A stretch of 64,000 nt of DNA, taken from the NCBI RefSeq assembly GCF_009914755.1, contig NC_060939.1; one strand, written 5' to 3'. A program made the position numbers and the translations under genes. The notes beneath the pieces are model-generated. The model was not told where the DNA came from. It saw nothing but the letters and a program-made list of their open reading frames with translations, and searched no databases. This DNA is from the human T2T-CHM13v2.0 reference genome, Homo sapiens. Numbering within the stretch: position 1 is the stretch's first letter; the number at the start of each line of letters is the position of its first letter. Below, piece after piece: positions 46,103 to 64,000 of the stretch.

Positions 46103-46156
46103 CTTTTTTGATACAAAGTCTCACTCCCTCGCTCAGGCTGGACTGCGGTGGTGCGC
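46103..46156 (-). mobile_element. Alu 3'-end fragment
   Basis: 'ttttttgatacaaagtctcactccctcgctcaggctggactgcggtggtgcg'. Confidence 0.7.
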
Positions 46157-47274
46157 GCATGCAGCATGCTACACCTTTTGATAAGCTAGTAGCAGGAGCA
46201 GCCTTGTGCCCTTTCCATACTGCACCACTCAACGAATGCTGGCTGCAGAGCACACATGGAATAAAAACCCTAAGCTCCCCCACTTACTGCCCATGGAACT
46301 ACAGGGTAAAATAATCAACTGTCCAATCCAAATATTTTAGGTGATAGGGCTTGCATTTTGCTGGTGGGGGAAACTGAACAATTAAGTAATTTCCCTTCAA
46401 GTGTATGGTTAAAACAAAATGGAAAGTTCTCTGCTTATTTAGGTTCTCTGCTTATTGAATCATGCTGTTTTCTTTAAATTCTATGAAAACATTCCAAAAA
46501 GACCTAAATGTGATACTTATCAATTCTTGTACATGGTGACAGAATGAGTCACTTTTTCTTTTGTACTTTAAAAGCATGAAACCCTTCTTATTCTAGAAAG
46601 GCATGTTGAAGAAGTCTGGAAACATATCTGAATTCTCCATAACTTGTATATGGAGAAAGAAAATCTAACAATGATAGCTGCCAATGGAAATCACATGTAA
46701 AGCATCAACATATTTTTCCCACTCACTATCTTCCACTAGGTCTGTGACAAAAGATGAGTCCACTACTTAGTGAAACAAAACAGGTAGGGGTGATATTCAG
46801 TGAGTACTCACAAGTACAGCTAGGGTGGGTTTTTGTCTGTTCGTTTTACGAACAGCATCTATTTTTTATTGTATTGATGCCAAACCAGTTGTCTCATTTT
46901 ATTTTCAGTATCACCCAGAGTACAGGGGTAATTAATCAGGCAGGTAAAGTGGCCCAGAGAGCACCCTGGCAAATGAGAGGTCATGCATCCTGGTGGAAGT
47001 GAATGCCTGCGACTTAGCCCCAGCAGGTTGAAGTCATACAAGAAAATAAGTCCTTTGGTGCCAGCTTCTCCAAGTTTTAAAGCAGCAGCTAGAAATCCAG
47101 GTTTTATATAAAAATCTCCATATTTTAAAATATTTATTCCTAGTTCAATCTTTAAAACACTGTGTTTGCCAAATGAAACACTTCTTTGGGTCAGATTAGA
47201 GAAGAGGGTTGCTGGTTTCCTACTGAGGGTTGTCCATCTGTGACTGCTAGAATAGTTTAAAACTACAGCTAAGT

Positions 47275-49580
<2,306 letters not shown>

Positions 49581-50504
49581 AACTACAGCTAAGTGTATAA
49601 ATTGGATGTACCACCCAGATGGCAATAGTGAGCCATGGTGGCCATGGCTTTAGCAATTAGGTAAACATCATAAATGTGGGGCAACAACAGTTGTTTAAGT
49701 GTACTAGTATCATCAAAAGAGCAGATGATTTTTTTACAGATGGTTTTTAAAAATCTAAAGTATAGTTTGGAACATTTTTAATCTTTACTACTGTTAATCA
49801 CACCTTAGTCTAACCTGTATTTTAAGTGCAGATCATGATCACAATATACTTTCCTTCTTCCATATACTCCTCTTTTCCATCTCCAATCTTTTCTTAGTTT
49901 GAGATATATAAGATCATAAGACTTTTGCAGAGACAGAATGAGATAATGTGCTTAGAACAATACCTAGCACACAGCAAGAATTAAAAAACTGTAAGCATCT
50001 TCTGTTACCAAGAATATTATTCCACTGTCAAAGCCCTCGCCAGGCTGGTCTACAGTTTGTGGAAAGCTAGGGTTAACTGTTACAACTTGGCTGTTAACAC
50101 AACTTCTGCTTACAGAATCACTTTTGTTCCTGCCCTCTTTAGGAATCTGTGTCTTAAATTATCCCCTACCAATTTCAGTTCCTCTGAGGCAGCTGACAAT
50201 CTTTTTTCACATCAGAACAAAGAAAAAGAAAGAGAGGTCTCCCTTTGTAACAAGGGAGATAAGGGCCTCCCTCCTCTCCTTTTCTTCTAGGAGACAGAGG
50301 TACTTTTCCACTTTTTTGTTTCTTTGTGAAATTGACTCATTTTCTCTCCCTAACTATTTAAACTCTGCTGGATGGGTAGGGCTTGAATTCATACACCATA
50401 CTACTTATCGAATAATTTTCTGCTACTTGCAATAACATAACATATAATCCAATACACCGACTCAGTTATTTTTAAAAGCACATTATCATTCATTGAAAAG
50501 AAGG

Positions 50505-51590
50505 ATGTTTTCATATATCTGATAAGGGGTTAATATACAAAAAATATTTAAGGAATTCAAAGGCAAGAAAACAAACAGCCTGATTTAAAAATGAGCAAAT
50601 AATCTGAAAATACATTTCTCAAAAGAAGACATACAAAAGGGTCAACCAATATATGAAAAAAATGCTCCAACATCACTAATCATCAGGGAAATGCAAACTA
50701 AAACCACGATGAGATATCACTTCAGAACTGTTAGAATCGCTATTGCCAAAAAAAGACAAAAGATTACAAGTATTGGTGAGGATATGGAAAAAGAGAACCC
50801 ATGCACACTGTTGGTAGGAATGTAAACTAGTTTGTAGAAAACAGTGTGGAGGCTCTTCAAAAAAATTAAAACTAGAATTACCATATGACCTAGAAATCCC
50901 ACTACTGGGTATATATTTAAAGGAAATGAAGTCAGTATGTTGAAGAGATATCTACACTCTCATGTTGACTGCAGCGTTATTCACAAAAGCCAAGATATGG
51001 AATCAACGTTGAGTGTCCATCAATGGACAAATGGTTAAAAAAAATGTGGTTTATACACAAAATGGAATACTCTAGTCTTTAAAAAGAAAAAAATAATCCT
51101 GTCATTTGCTACAATATGGATGAACCTAGAGAACATTATGTTACGTGAAATATGCCAAGCACAGAAAGACATGGCATGACCTCATTTATGTGAGAAATCT
51201 AAAAAAGTCGAACTCGCAGGAACAGGGAGTAGAATGGTGGTTACCAGGGGCTAGGGGCAGAGAGGGGTGAAAAGTGGGGAAGGATTAGGGAGATGTTGAT
51301 GAAAGGAGACAAATTTCAGTTAGATGTGAGAAATAAATTCAAGATGATCTTCTGTACAACATGGTGACTATAGTTCATAACCATGTTATTGTATACTTTA
51401 AAGTTTCTAAAAGAGCAGTTTTCTCGTGTTCTCACCGCATATAAATGATAAATATGTGAGGCAATGTATGTGAGACAAAGTATATATTAATTAGCTCAAT
51501 TTAGTTACTCCACAATATATACATATTTCAAAACATGTCATATACCGTATATATACAATTTCTATTCGCAAACTAACAAATTTTTAGAAA
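50505..51590 (+). mobile_element. L1MA-type 3' end
   Basis: 'atctgataaggggttaata...atggatgaacctagagaacattatg...aacatggtgactatagtt...tatatacaatttt'. Confidence 0.85.
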
Positions 51591-51812
51591 AGAAATGTCT
51601 GATCCACAGATTGATTAAATTAGCAGTCATGAGTTAACATTAAATGAGGAAAAAATGTTACTGAAATTTTGCTGTCATTCTCTCCTGAAGCAGGGGGTTA
51701 CTGCAGCCATCAGTAAACAAGTCTCAGTGCCTGATTCAGTATCCAGTTATTTGAAGTTAAGATTCTGAACTTTCTGCCACAGGCACTACAAGCAAATGCC
51801 AAATACAGGGAA

Positions 51813-51831
51813 AGTCAACTAGATGGCAGCA
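51813..51831 (+). promoter_or_regulatory. Candidate CTCF motif (forward orientation)
   Basis: AGTCAACTAGATGGCAGCA; one mismatch, at the second core C. Confidence 0.45.
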
Positions 51832-52385
51832 CAAGGGAAATGATCCCTCAGTCATTCCGGGCTTCACAAGGGAGGATCAGGTCAACAATTTCCCAGCACT
51901 CTCTGAGGATACGGAAGGGCTCAGAACTCCTCCTCCTCCACCTCCTAGGGCTCCTTCCTTAAATTTTGTAATCTGCATCACATCATATTGCAGGGATGTG
52001 CTAAGAAACATACAGACATGAACACCCGAACAAGAGGAAGCTGAACAAAAATAACTTCCATCGTACCTAGAAAAAAAAACTTCTACTATATTTTATATAA
52101 CAGCAGAAGTCTATTCCATCTTCTCTTCTGCTTTAAAAATAAAATAATCATTTTCCAATCCAATCAAATGCATTTATGGTATTTTTTAAAATTAGAAATT
52201 GAATTCTATTAAAAACAGAATCCAAGACTTTTCATTCCCTGTATAGACACAGTGCCTACTGGCAGCTGCAAGATGCGATGCTGTCTAGTTTAACACTTCA
52301 ACTTAAGAGGAATATTTACTTCAGCATAGGAGAAAACCAAGTATCAGTTCTATAGAACCCGTTCAGTAGCATCAAAGAGGCATAC

Positions 52386-52447
52386 CTGCAGGTTTTCAAT
52401 TTCTTCTTTGTGCTCCCTCTTCAAGTGTAAAATAGCAGCTTGGTATT
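52386..52447 (-). CDS. FMN1: FMN1 coding exon, 62 nt (coiled-coil; (E)[20 protein letters not shown])
   Basis: Minus strand: gattttacag|AATACCAAGCT...AACCTGCAG|gtatgc. Phase 1 in, phase 0 out. Too short for the ORF track. Confidence 0.95.
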
Positions 52448-54129
52448 CTGTAAAATCAAAAAAGAGGCCAATTATAAAGAAGTACAAAATTAAGCACAAA
52501 ATTTATCTACTGGTCCTCTTAGAAATAAACTGACTAAAATAAATGCCACAATTTGACATCAACCTTACAAGAGATGTTAAAAATTACAGAAAGATAGGAC
52601 AAGTAGTTCAGGGTAAAAGGTAAATTCCTTCCTTTTAGCAAACGCTGAATTATGAAAAGACACAAATTAAGCAGATGGGATAGGGTTAAAAGAAAAAAAA
52701 AGGGATGATGAGTGTGTTCCAGATAAACACTAGGTCAGGAGTTTGTATTTAAGGAGTTGGAAATTAAGTCCCCACAGAGGACAAATACAGACATCTTAAG
52801 AGCAGACAGGGCAGGAAACAAACGAAAACTTTCTATGTGAGATCAGAGCACTCTATTTTTAACTCTGTTTCAAAAAAGAAAAAAAAAATCTCCATTTGAA
52901 TGCAAGGCTAAGTAAGCACCCAGGGCTGATTTTAATCTTTATCTCAGAAAGTCAATACTATTTGTCATTTGGATGAGAGATTCTAGGGTGAACTGAGGCT
53001 GAAAGGACAAAAATAAATTTCTGGTCCAATTTTAATATGAGTCTAATAATGTTTATTTCAACAATAAGTCCCAAGTGTACGTAAGAACTCCAGCCAACCA
53101 CTAAAACTATCATTCTGCTGGCGAAGCATGCAGCTGTCAAGACAACTTTATTTCCAGCAGAAATTCTAGGTGTGTGGGGTCATGGAACTATACAGGCTGC
53201 AGAGAACCACAAGACAAAAATGCTATGAGCACACATTTTTGTGAGATAAGCCAATTATTTTACAAATGTGTTTGGGGTCATGAGTATGAGTAAGCAAGAA
53301 GCAGTTTGACCTCATTGAAATATGTGTGAAAGCCAGGCTATTTCTCCAAGTAGATTTCCTAAATCAGGCATGAAAGTTTGTGTTTTAATTTAAAAATGGA
53401 AGAAGGAAATCATTGGCAAAGCCACGCCAGAAAAGTAGTGTTGCTGCTGATAATTACGGCTAGATAGACCTCTACTGTTGTGGGGAAGGTGCTCCACTGA
53501 GCTGTGAATCCATCAGAAAGTTCTGTGGGTTCTAAATCCAAATCATACCTCGAATGGTCTGGTAGTGACCACTTGTCATTATCCCCACCAGCACCACGAT
53601 AATCCAAGTTACCACCATCTCCACTAGATTAAAGCAGTATACTTCTGGTAGGGTGCCTGCTTCTACTTTTAGCACCACTGTAACTGATGCTCATCAAAGC
53701 AGACTGAGTGATCTACATAGACATGAACCAGATCATCTCATCCTTGGTTTTTCACGCAATTAGAGTGAAATCAGAGCTCTCTGTTGCAGCCCATAAAGAC
53801 CTCCATGTCCTGGTTCCTACATATCTCTCCCTATCATTTCATACCACTCCTTCCCCTTGTTCATCATACTCCACCGTACACTGGCTTTCTTGCCATTCCT
53901 TGAACTTGTCAAATTATTTTCTATCTCAAAATCTTTGCTAATATTGAAAACAATAATAAAGGATTTCATTTGCTGACTACTTACTATATATCAGGCATTA
54001 TTCTAAGTCTTACTTTATCAACTCATTTCATCTCCACAATAACCCTATGATGTAGGTACCATTATTGTCTCCATTACTGATGAAGATACTAATGCATAGA
54101 GACATTAAGTAGCTTGATCAAGGAAGTAG

Positions 54130-57793
<3,664 letters not shown>

Positions 57794-60269
57794 GAAAGAC
57801 TAGCAAGCAATAATATTAACAAAACTAAGAAGAATGGTGGTTTCCAGGAGAAGATGAACCAATTGGGTTGTGATTGAGCAAGGAGATGTTATATGGGTGT
57901 TAAATGAAAAATTATTCTTTAAATTGGATATTTTTTACGAAATTATCTTTATGCATATCTAACATTAAATGAAAGAAAAAATACTTCTCTTTTGAAAACT
58001 GGTTACATTCGTTTCCTCAAATATCAATATAGGCAAAACAGAACATCTGAATTCATAAAATAAGAAGCAGAAAGTGACTTAGTAAGTTTAAATCTTGTGT
58101 AAATGTTGAGTCCTAACCCATGTCATGATAAATATCCAAACCCTAACCAATTCCAAGCTTCTACAAAGTAGTCAAAGGAAAGCTACTTAAACCAAGCTTC
58201 TTGTGAAATTGATGTCCTTTGAGAATAGCATCTACATTCTAAATAGAAATTATACAGACTATATTTTGCAATGATTCATTTTGTGTAAATTGTACCTATA
58301 TGGGTGTGACAGATATCGCTATGACTAATTCATTAACAAACCGATGAAGGAGACTACTGCAAAGCTAACATCTAGGAAAGCATGATTCATCTCCTCCTTT
58401 AACAAATATTTTTACCAAGAGTCCCAGTGTGACGGGTGGCAGGAAACACACTCCCATCCCAACAAGGATGACAGAATCCCTGGGCAGCATGTAGAAGGAG
58501 GAAGCTAATGCCTTTACTACTGGCATTGGTGAATGCTCACTTTGAGAGTTCACAAGAGAGTAGTAAGAGAATATAAAGGTTACAGAATAATGTCCATGAG
58601 TCAAAACTAAGTTAGTGCTTTCCAAATGTGTCTTGTTAGTGGCAGCCCCCTGCCCCCAGATGCTTCTTGAGGCTTGCAGATGCCTGAGTGTGAGGATGGG
58701 GAGGCAGAGGTGTCAACTCAAGACCAAGGATGTGTGTATTTGTTAAAAAGAGAACTTGACCCTAGCATTGGTATTCAGTAGCTCTGGGACCTTATAAGTG
58801 TGTGAAAAGGAGGAACAGGAATTCTACATCAGGGTTGAAAAGGGCAGACTCATTTGAAGTCACATTAGCCCCTAATGGAAGTTAATAAATCAATTTAAAT
58901 AATCTATTCCACAAGAAACAAGTCTAAAGAACGTCTTTTTGAAAACAATAATGTAGTCCATGAAAGACAGAGAAAGGAGTAAGGCTCCTAACTGGCAGGA
59001 TTCAACATTTTGGAGGAAAAAAAAATGAAAGAACTTTCTCTGTACAAATAAAGCTTTCTTAGTCTAGTATTTAGCTAATTGGTTCCTTCCCTTTATGTTG
59101 CACAAACCTTCCTTTTTGATCAGTTCACAATAACAAAACATCCTTCCTGCCAGGTGTCATTACAAAGTTTGTGCCCTCCAATTTGTGAAGAGCAGAATTA
59201 CAGATGATTCCACAAACACAGAAGGCATGCAGTAACCACTGCTGAAGTCCATCACTTACTGAATGAGTTTACCTAATTACATATGGGTACGGATAACATT
59301 ATTGAGGGTTATTTTTCAGGAATAGTTCTAAGCACTTTACACAGATTAACTCCTGCCATCCTCACATCAAATTGAAAAGGTAGACCCTATCATATCGAGA
59401 CTTACTTTACAGATGAGAAAACGCCTCAGGTTGAACAGCTTTCCTAAAACCACATGCTAGTTAAGTGCCAATAATATCATTCAGACCCAAAGAACGTGTG
59501 CTGGCTCTGCAGAGTTTTTGTTTATTCCCTTGTTTTCGTTCTTGCCGTTCTTTTGGTTACATAAGCAGCAGATGCAAACAAAACCCCAAGCCTCTGTAAA
59601 CTTCAAAGTTGCTTGCTTTATCCTATTACCAGAATCACTCGTAAACTTGGGGTAACTTTTTTCATAATTCTGTAAAAGGGGAATGCTAATTTTAATCACA
59701 GGGAGGTTTGAAGAGCCAGGGGTCAGAGTGAATGGTGTGAATTTCAATGGCTGGCACCGACAAGTTCTGTGATTATGATTCGTCTGTCTTTTCTAAGGGA
59801 ATTTCAGGGCCTGTAGTTACTAGTTTCTGGTTAAATCTGATTTTCATTTATGCGCTCTTTCTTACACATATATCCAAGCCTCCACCGCATCACACACGCA
59901 CATGACATGGGCAAAACTGGATTACGTACAGTTAGGAAGTAGAAACTTTCTGAATTCTCCACTGAGTAGGAAACATGGATCTACTCCTACCCGCGGATCC
60001 TGATATGTCCGGCCTGTGCCTCTCACTGGCCTTTACCCACTACCTCACATTGTTGTATTTTCAAGTACATATGTGACTTAAAAAAAAAAAAATCATTCCT
60101 CTGAATTATACTTGGACGATACTCAATCAGTGCTTCCAAAACTTAGCACACACACCGGCAAGGTCATTTTTTGTAGGTATCTGAACTTTTTATTTTGACA
60201 GTTAAATGTTTTAATGTGCATTAGGGAAAAATTATCAAACACACACATAAAACCCATGATTTCACTGAT

Positions 60270-60453
60270 AATGCTTCCCAGATAGTGTTGATCGGAGTTT
60301 GGTCCCTGGACCAGGAGCATCAGCATCACCTGGAACATCTTAGAAATGCAAATTCTTTCCTCTACGGTGGATTTATTGACTTGGAATCTCTGAGGCTACT
60401 TTACCAAGCCTACCAAGTGATTATAATGCACAGCAAAGTTTGAGAACCACTGC
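60270..60453. mobile_element. MER5A-like hAT element
   Basis: 'ggtccctggaccaggagcatcagcatcacctgg...aaagtttgagaaccactg'. Confidence 0.75.
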
Positions 60454-61079
60454 TTTAATAAGGCTTATTTAAGCAAAAACAGTAAATTCATTAAAATAAC
60501 AAATTAAATAATAGTAAAAATAGTATAAATATGTATCAAATTTCAAGAAGCTGGTGCATAAAGGATGACATTTGAAAAAATATGCTAATCACTGACAGAT
60601 AAATACAAATTCAAACAAACTCATCCGTGAGTGAATGCACAAAGCTTCTCTGACCATTTCTAACATTGACAAAAATGGTCACAGTTCATGTAAGGCAGAG
60701 TCACAAGTCATTTATTCCAAAATCTAAGAATAAAAATCAAATGTGAGCTTTCATATTTAATAAGCTTATGAAACCAAAGTGTGCAGCCTGGTCTTGGGGC
60801 CCTGCGAGTCCTCTGTTTCCCTTCCAGATGCTTATAAACAATGCAGTCCTTAGTAACTGTGCAGTTTGAAGAAAGCATAACCGGTTTTGTGTCTGTCAGA
60901 AACAGTGGAGGTAGATTCAAAGGCAGTGAAGTAAAGAGAAAGTAGTCAACAGCTGCCAGCAGAGCTTTTTAACTGGGTGTCTCAGGCTAGCAGCTGGTGA
61001 GAGGCTGTTACCTGTAATGTTGATCCAACACCTTTTGTCAGCGGGCCTTCAACCAGCACACACGTCAGCAAAAGCACAG

Positions 61080-61470
61080 GAAGAGATCTAACTCCACTGT
61101 TTGATGATCGACTCCTGACAGTTTTTAAGCCTCACCCCTCCTTCTTCCCCGGTGTCCCACACACCTGGGCGATCTGATAGTAAAGGCTTTGACGCAGGAG
61201 ATGTGACCCACACAGACCACTGCCCGCAGAAGCCATAGCCCAGTACTGTCTGTTGAACGCCATAAAAACCCCAAGCCAGTTTTCTACACTTTCTCTTGCA
61301 AGTCATTTTTGGACCAGCTTGAGAGGCCTGTCTCGCTTTCCCCAGAGGTCTCCTTATGTGAATAATAAATCTTTTCATGCCCTTGTGTGTGTGCAAACAC
61401 ATAATGCATCTGCGGTCATCAATATTGGCATCTCAATCAAATTTGGGGTGGCTGGGGTTCACCCTGCCTC
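61080..61470 (+). mobile_element. Old ERVL-type LTR (MER54/MER74-like)
   Basis: 'cctcacccctccttc...cacacctgggcgatctgatag...aataataaatcttttcatg...aaatttggggtgg'; family assignment tentative. Confidence 0.5.
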
Positions 61471-61519
61471 TTCAAAAAGGATGAGGCCGTACCCTAGAAC
61501 TTAAAGCATAATTTAAAAA

Positions 61520-61850
61520 AAAAAAAGTGGTTGCCAAGGCCTTGGGAGGAGGGAGGAATCAGTGGAGCGACAGGGGGTTTTTAGGACAGTGCAACTACTC
61601 TGTATGCTACTATAATAGTTGATACGGGTCATACATTATTCAAAATCCATCTTCAGTACAGAGCCAATTCTAATGTAAACTGTGGACTTTAGTTAATAAT
61701 AATGTATTGGGTCAACTGTAACAAATGTACCACTCCAATGGAGAATGCTAATACTAAGGGAAAGTGTGGTATGTGGGCGCAGTAGACGGTGAGAGGGAAC
61801 TCTACTTTCCGCTCAATTTTTCTATCAACCTAAAACTACTCTAAAAATAG
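61520..61850 (+). mobile_element. L1MC/MB 3'UTR fragment
   Basis: 'taatgtaaactgtggactttagttaataat...aacaaatgtaccactc...aacctaaaactactctaaaaat'. Confidence 0.75.
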
Positions 61851-62022
61851 TTGATTTTTTTTTTCAAAAAAGAAGTGAATTATCAGTGAGTCAACCTACT
61901 ATGTTGTTCAATAACTTACAGAAAGGAGCCTAATTTCTATATCAGAAAAATAAAATATTGGACAATAACTGGGAAAAATCCCATGAATTTAGGAATTGTA
62001 ACTGTCAACCTTTCCTCATTCA

Positions 62023-62563
<541 letters not shown>

Positions 62564-62565
62564 TG

Positions 62566-63013
62566 TGTGATACTGCAAAATATGTATTTGGCCCTTGACC
62601 CCACTTCCTGACAATTTCTAAAATCCTTACACTTTCCAAAGTGATGTCTTTTTTTTAATCTTAATGATCGACCAATAACTGGAAGCCTTTAGGTAGCTTC
62701 AGGATGGGGGCAGGACACCTGAAAGATCAAGACATGATTAGAGGGTTGGGACTTTCAGTTCCACCTCCCAACCTATGGGGAGGGCAGAGGAGCTGAAGGT
62801 TGAGTCGCTCACCAATGGCCAATGATTTCATCACCCATGCGTACATAATAGAGCTTCCGTGAGAACCCAAGAGGACTGGGTTCAGAAACCTTCTGGACAG
62901 CTGAACACGAAAAGGTTCCCAGAGGGTGGTGCGCCCAAGAAGAAATGTAAGCTCTACGGCCCTTCCCCTGTACCTTGTCCTATGCATCTCTTCATCTGTA
63001 TCCTTTGTACCAT
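62566..63013 (+). mobile_element. MER21-type LTR, interrupted by LTR12
   Basis: 'tgtgatactgcaaaatatgtatttgg...aggtagcttcaggatgggg...catgattagagggttgggactttcag...ccaatggccaatg' matches the recalled MER21 consensus. Confidence 0.75.
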
Positions 63014-64000
63014 TGTGTCCGGAATTGGTGTGTTCTTGGTCTCACTGACTTCAAGAATGAAGCTGCGGACCCTTGCCATGACTGTTACGGTTCTTAAAGG
63101 TGGCGTGTCCGGAGTTTGTTCCCTCTGATGTTCGGATGTGTTCGGAGTTTCTCCCTTCTGGTGGGCTGGTGGTCTCGCTGGCTTCAGTGAAGCTGCATAC
63201 CTTCGCGGTTGAGTGTTACAGCTCTTAAGGCAGCACGTCTGGAGTTGTTCGATCCTCCGGTGGGTTCGTAGTCTCACTGGCTCAGGAGTGAAGCTGCAGA
63301 CCTTCCTGGTGAGTGTTACAGCTCGTAAAGACAATGTGGGCCCAAAGGAGTGACCAGCAGCAAGATTTATTGCAGAGTTAAAGAACAAAGCTTCCACCAT
63401 GCGGAAGAGGACCTGAGCGGGTTACCACTGCTGGCTCCGGCAGCCTGCTTTTATTCTCTTACCTGGCCCCACCCGCATCCTGCTCATTGGTCCATTTTAC
63501 AGAGAGCTGATTGGTCTGTTTTACAGAGAGCTGATTGGTCTGTTTTGACAGGGTGCTGATTGGTGCATTCACAATCCCTGAGCTAGACACAAAAGTTCTC
63601 CACCTCCCCACTAGATTAGCTAGATACAGAGTGTCCATTGGTGTATTTACAAACCCTGAGCGGGACACAGAGTGCTGATTGGTGCATTTACAAACCTTGA
63701 GCTAGATACAGAGTGCCAATTGGTGCATTCACAATCCCTTAGCCAGACATAAAGATTCTCCAAGACCCCACCAGACTCAGGAGCCCAGCTGGCTTCACCC
63801 AGTGGATCCTGCACCGGGGCCGCAGGTGGAGCTGCCTGCCAGTCCCACGCCGTGTGACTCCTCAGCCCTTGGGCGGTCGATGGGACCGGGCGCCCTGGAG
63901 TAGGGGGCGGCGCTTGTCGGGGAGGCTCGGGCAGCTCAGAAGCCCGGGGCGGTGCGAAACTCAGGCATGGCGGGCTGCAGGTCCCGAGCCCTGCCCTGCA
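63014..64000 (-). mobile_element. LTR12/LTR12C (ERV9) LTR, truncated by the window edge, same orientation as FMN1
   Basis: Reverse complement of the LTR12 3' end '...accaattccggacaca'. Tandem CCAAT-containing repeats at 63485-63730, AATAAA TATA-like box at 63450-63455 (minus), CpG-rich U3. Confidence 0.93.

Noticed and set aside
45849-46314. Pro/Gly/Glu-rich ORFs resembling a second FH1
   Set aside because: Derived from (CCT)n low complexity and an Alu remnant; the Pro frame is on the wrong strand and has no exon boundaries.
63485-63730. Regularly spaced repeats that look superficially like a CRISPR array
   Set aside because: These are the normal CCAAT-containing U3 tandem repeats of LTR12; eukaryotic context, no unique spacers, no cas genes.

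Overview
Human (or great-ape) genomic DNA lying entirely inside the formin-1 gene (FMN1), which is transcribed on the minus strand. Three coding exons were rebuilt from splice signals and reading phase: a 62-nt coiled-coil exon (52386-52447), the 764-nt FH1 poly-proline exon (13074-13837) and a 151-nt early-FH2 exon (8467-8617). The rest is intron, rich in repeats: about 14 Alus, two 5'-truncated L1PA copies, old L1M/L2/MIR, THE1/MST/MLT2/MER21 LTRs, an LTR12 (ERV9) at the right edge and a processed HNRNPA1 pseudogene. I see no prokaryotic-type system or CRISPR array and cannot claim a wholly new biological system. The best leads are: (1) a candidate unannotated in-frame 36-nt cassette exon with near-ideal splice signals at 44348-44383; (2) a sense-oriented LTR12 promoter with a good splice donor that could drive an N-truncated FH1-FH2 formin; (3) a 915-nt two-exon unit that would form a stop-free circRNA ORF, flanked by inverted Alus; (4) divergent CTCF-like motifs that may mark the GREM1/FMN1 domain boundary; (5) a probable E>K variant at the start of FH2. 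Repeat family names and reference comparisons come from recall, not from a database search.
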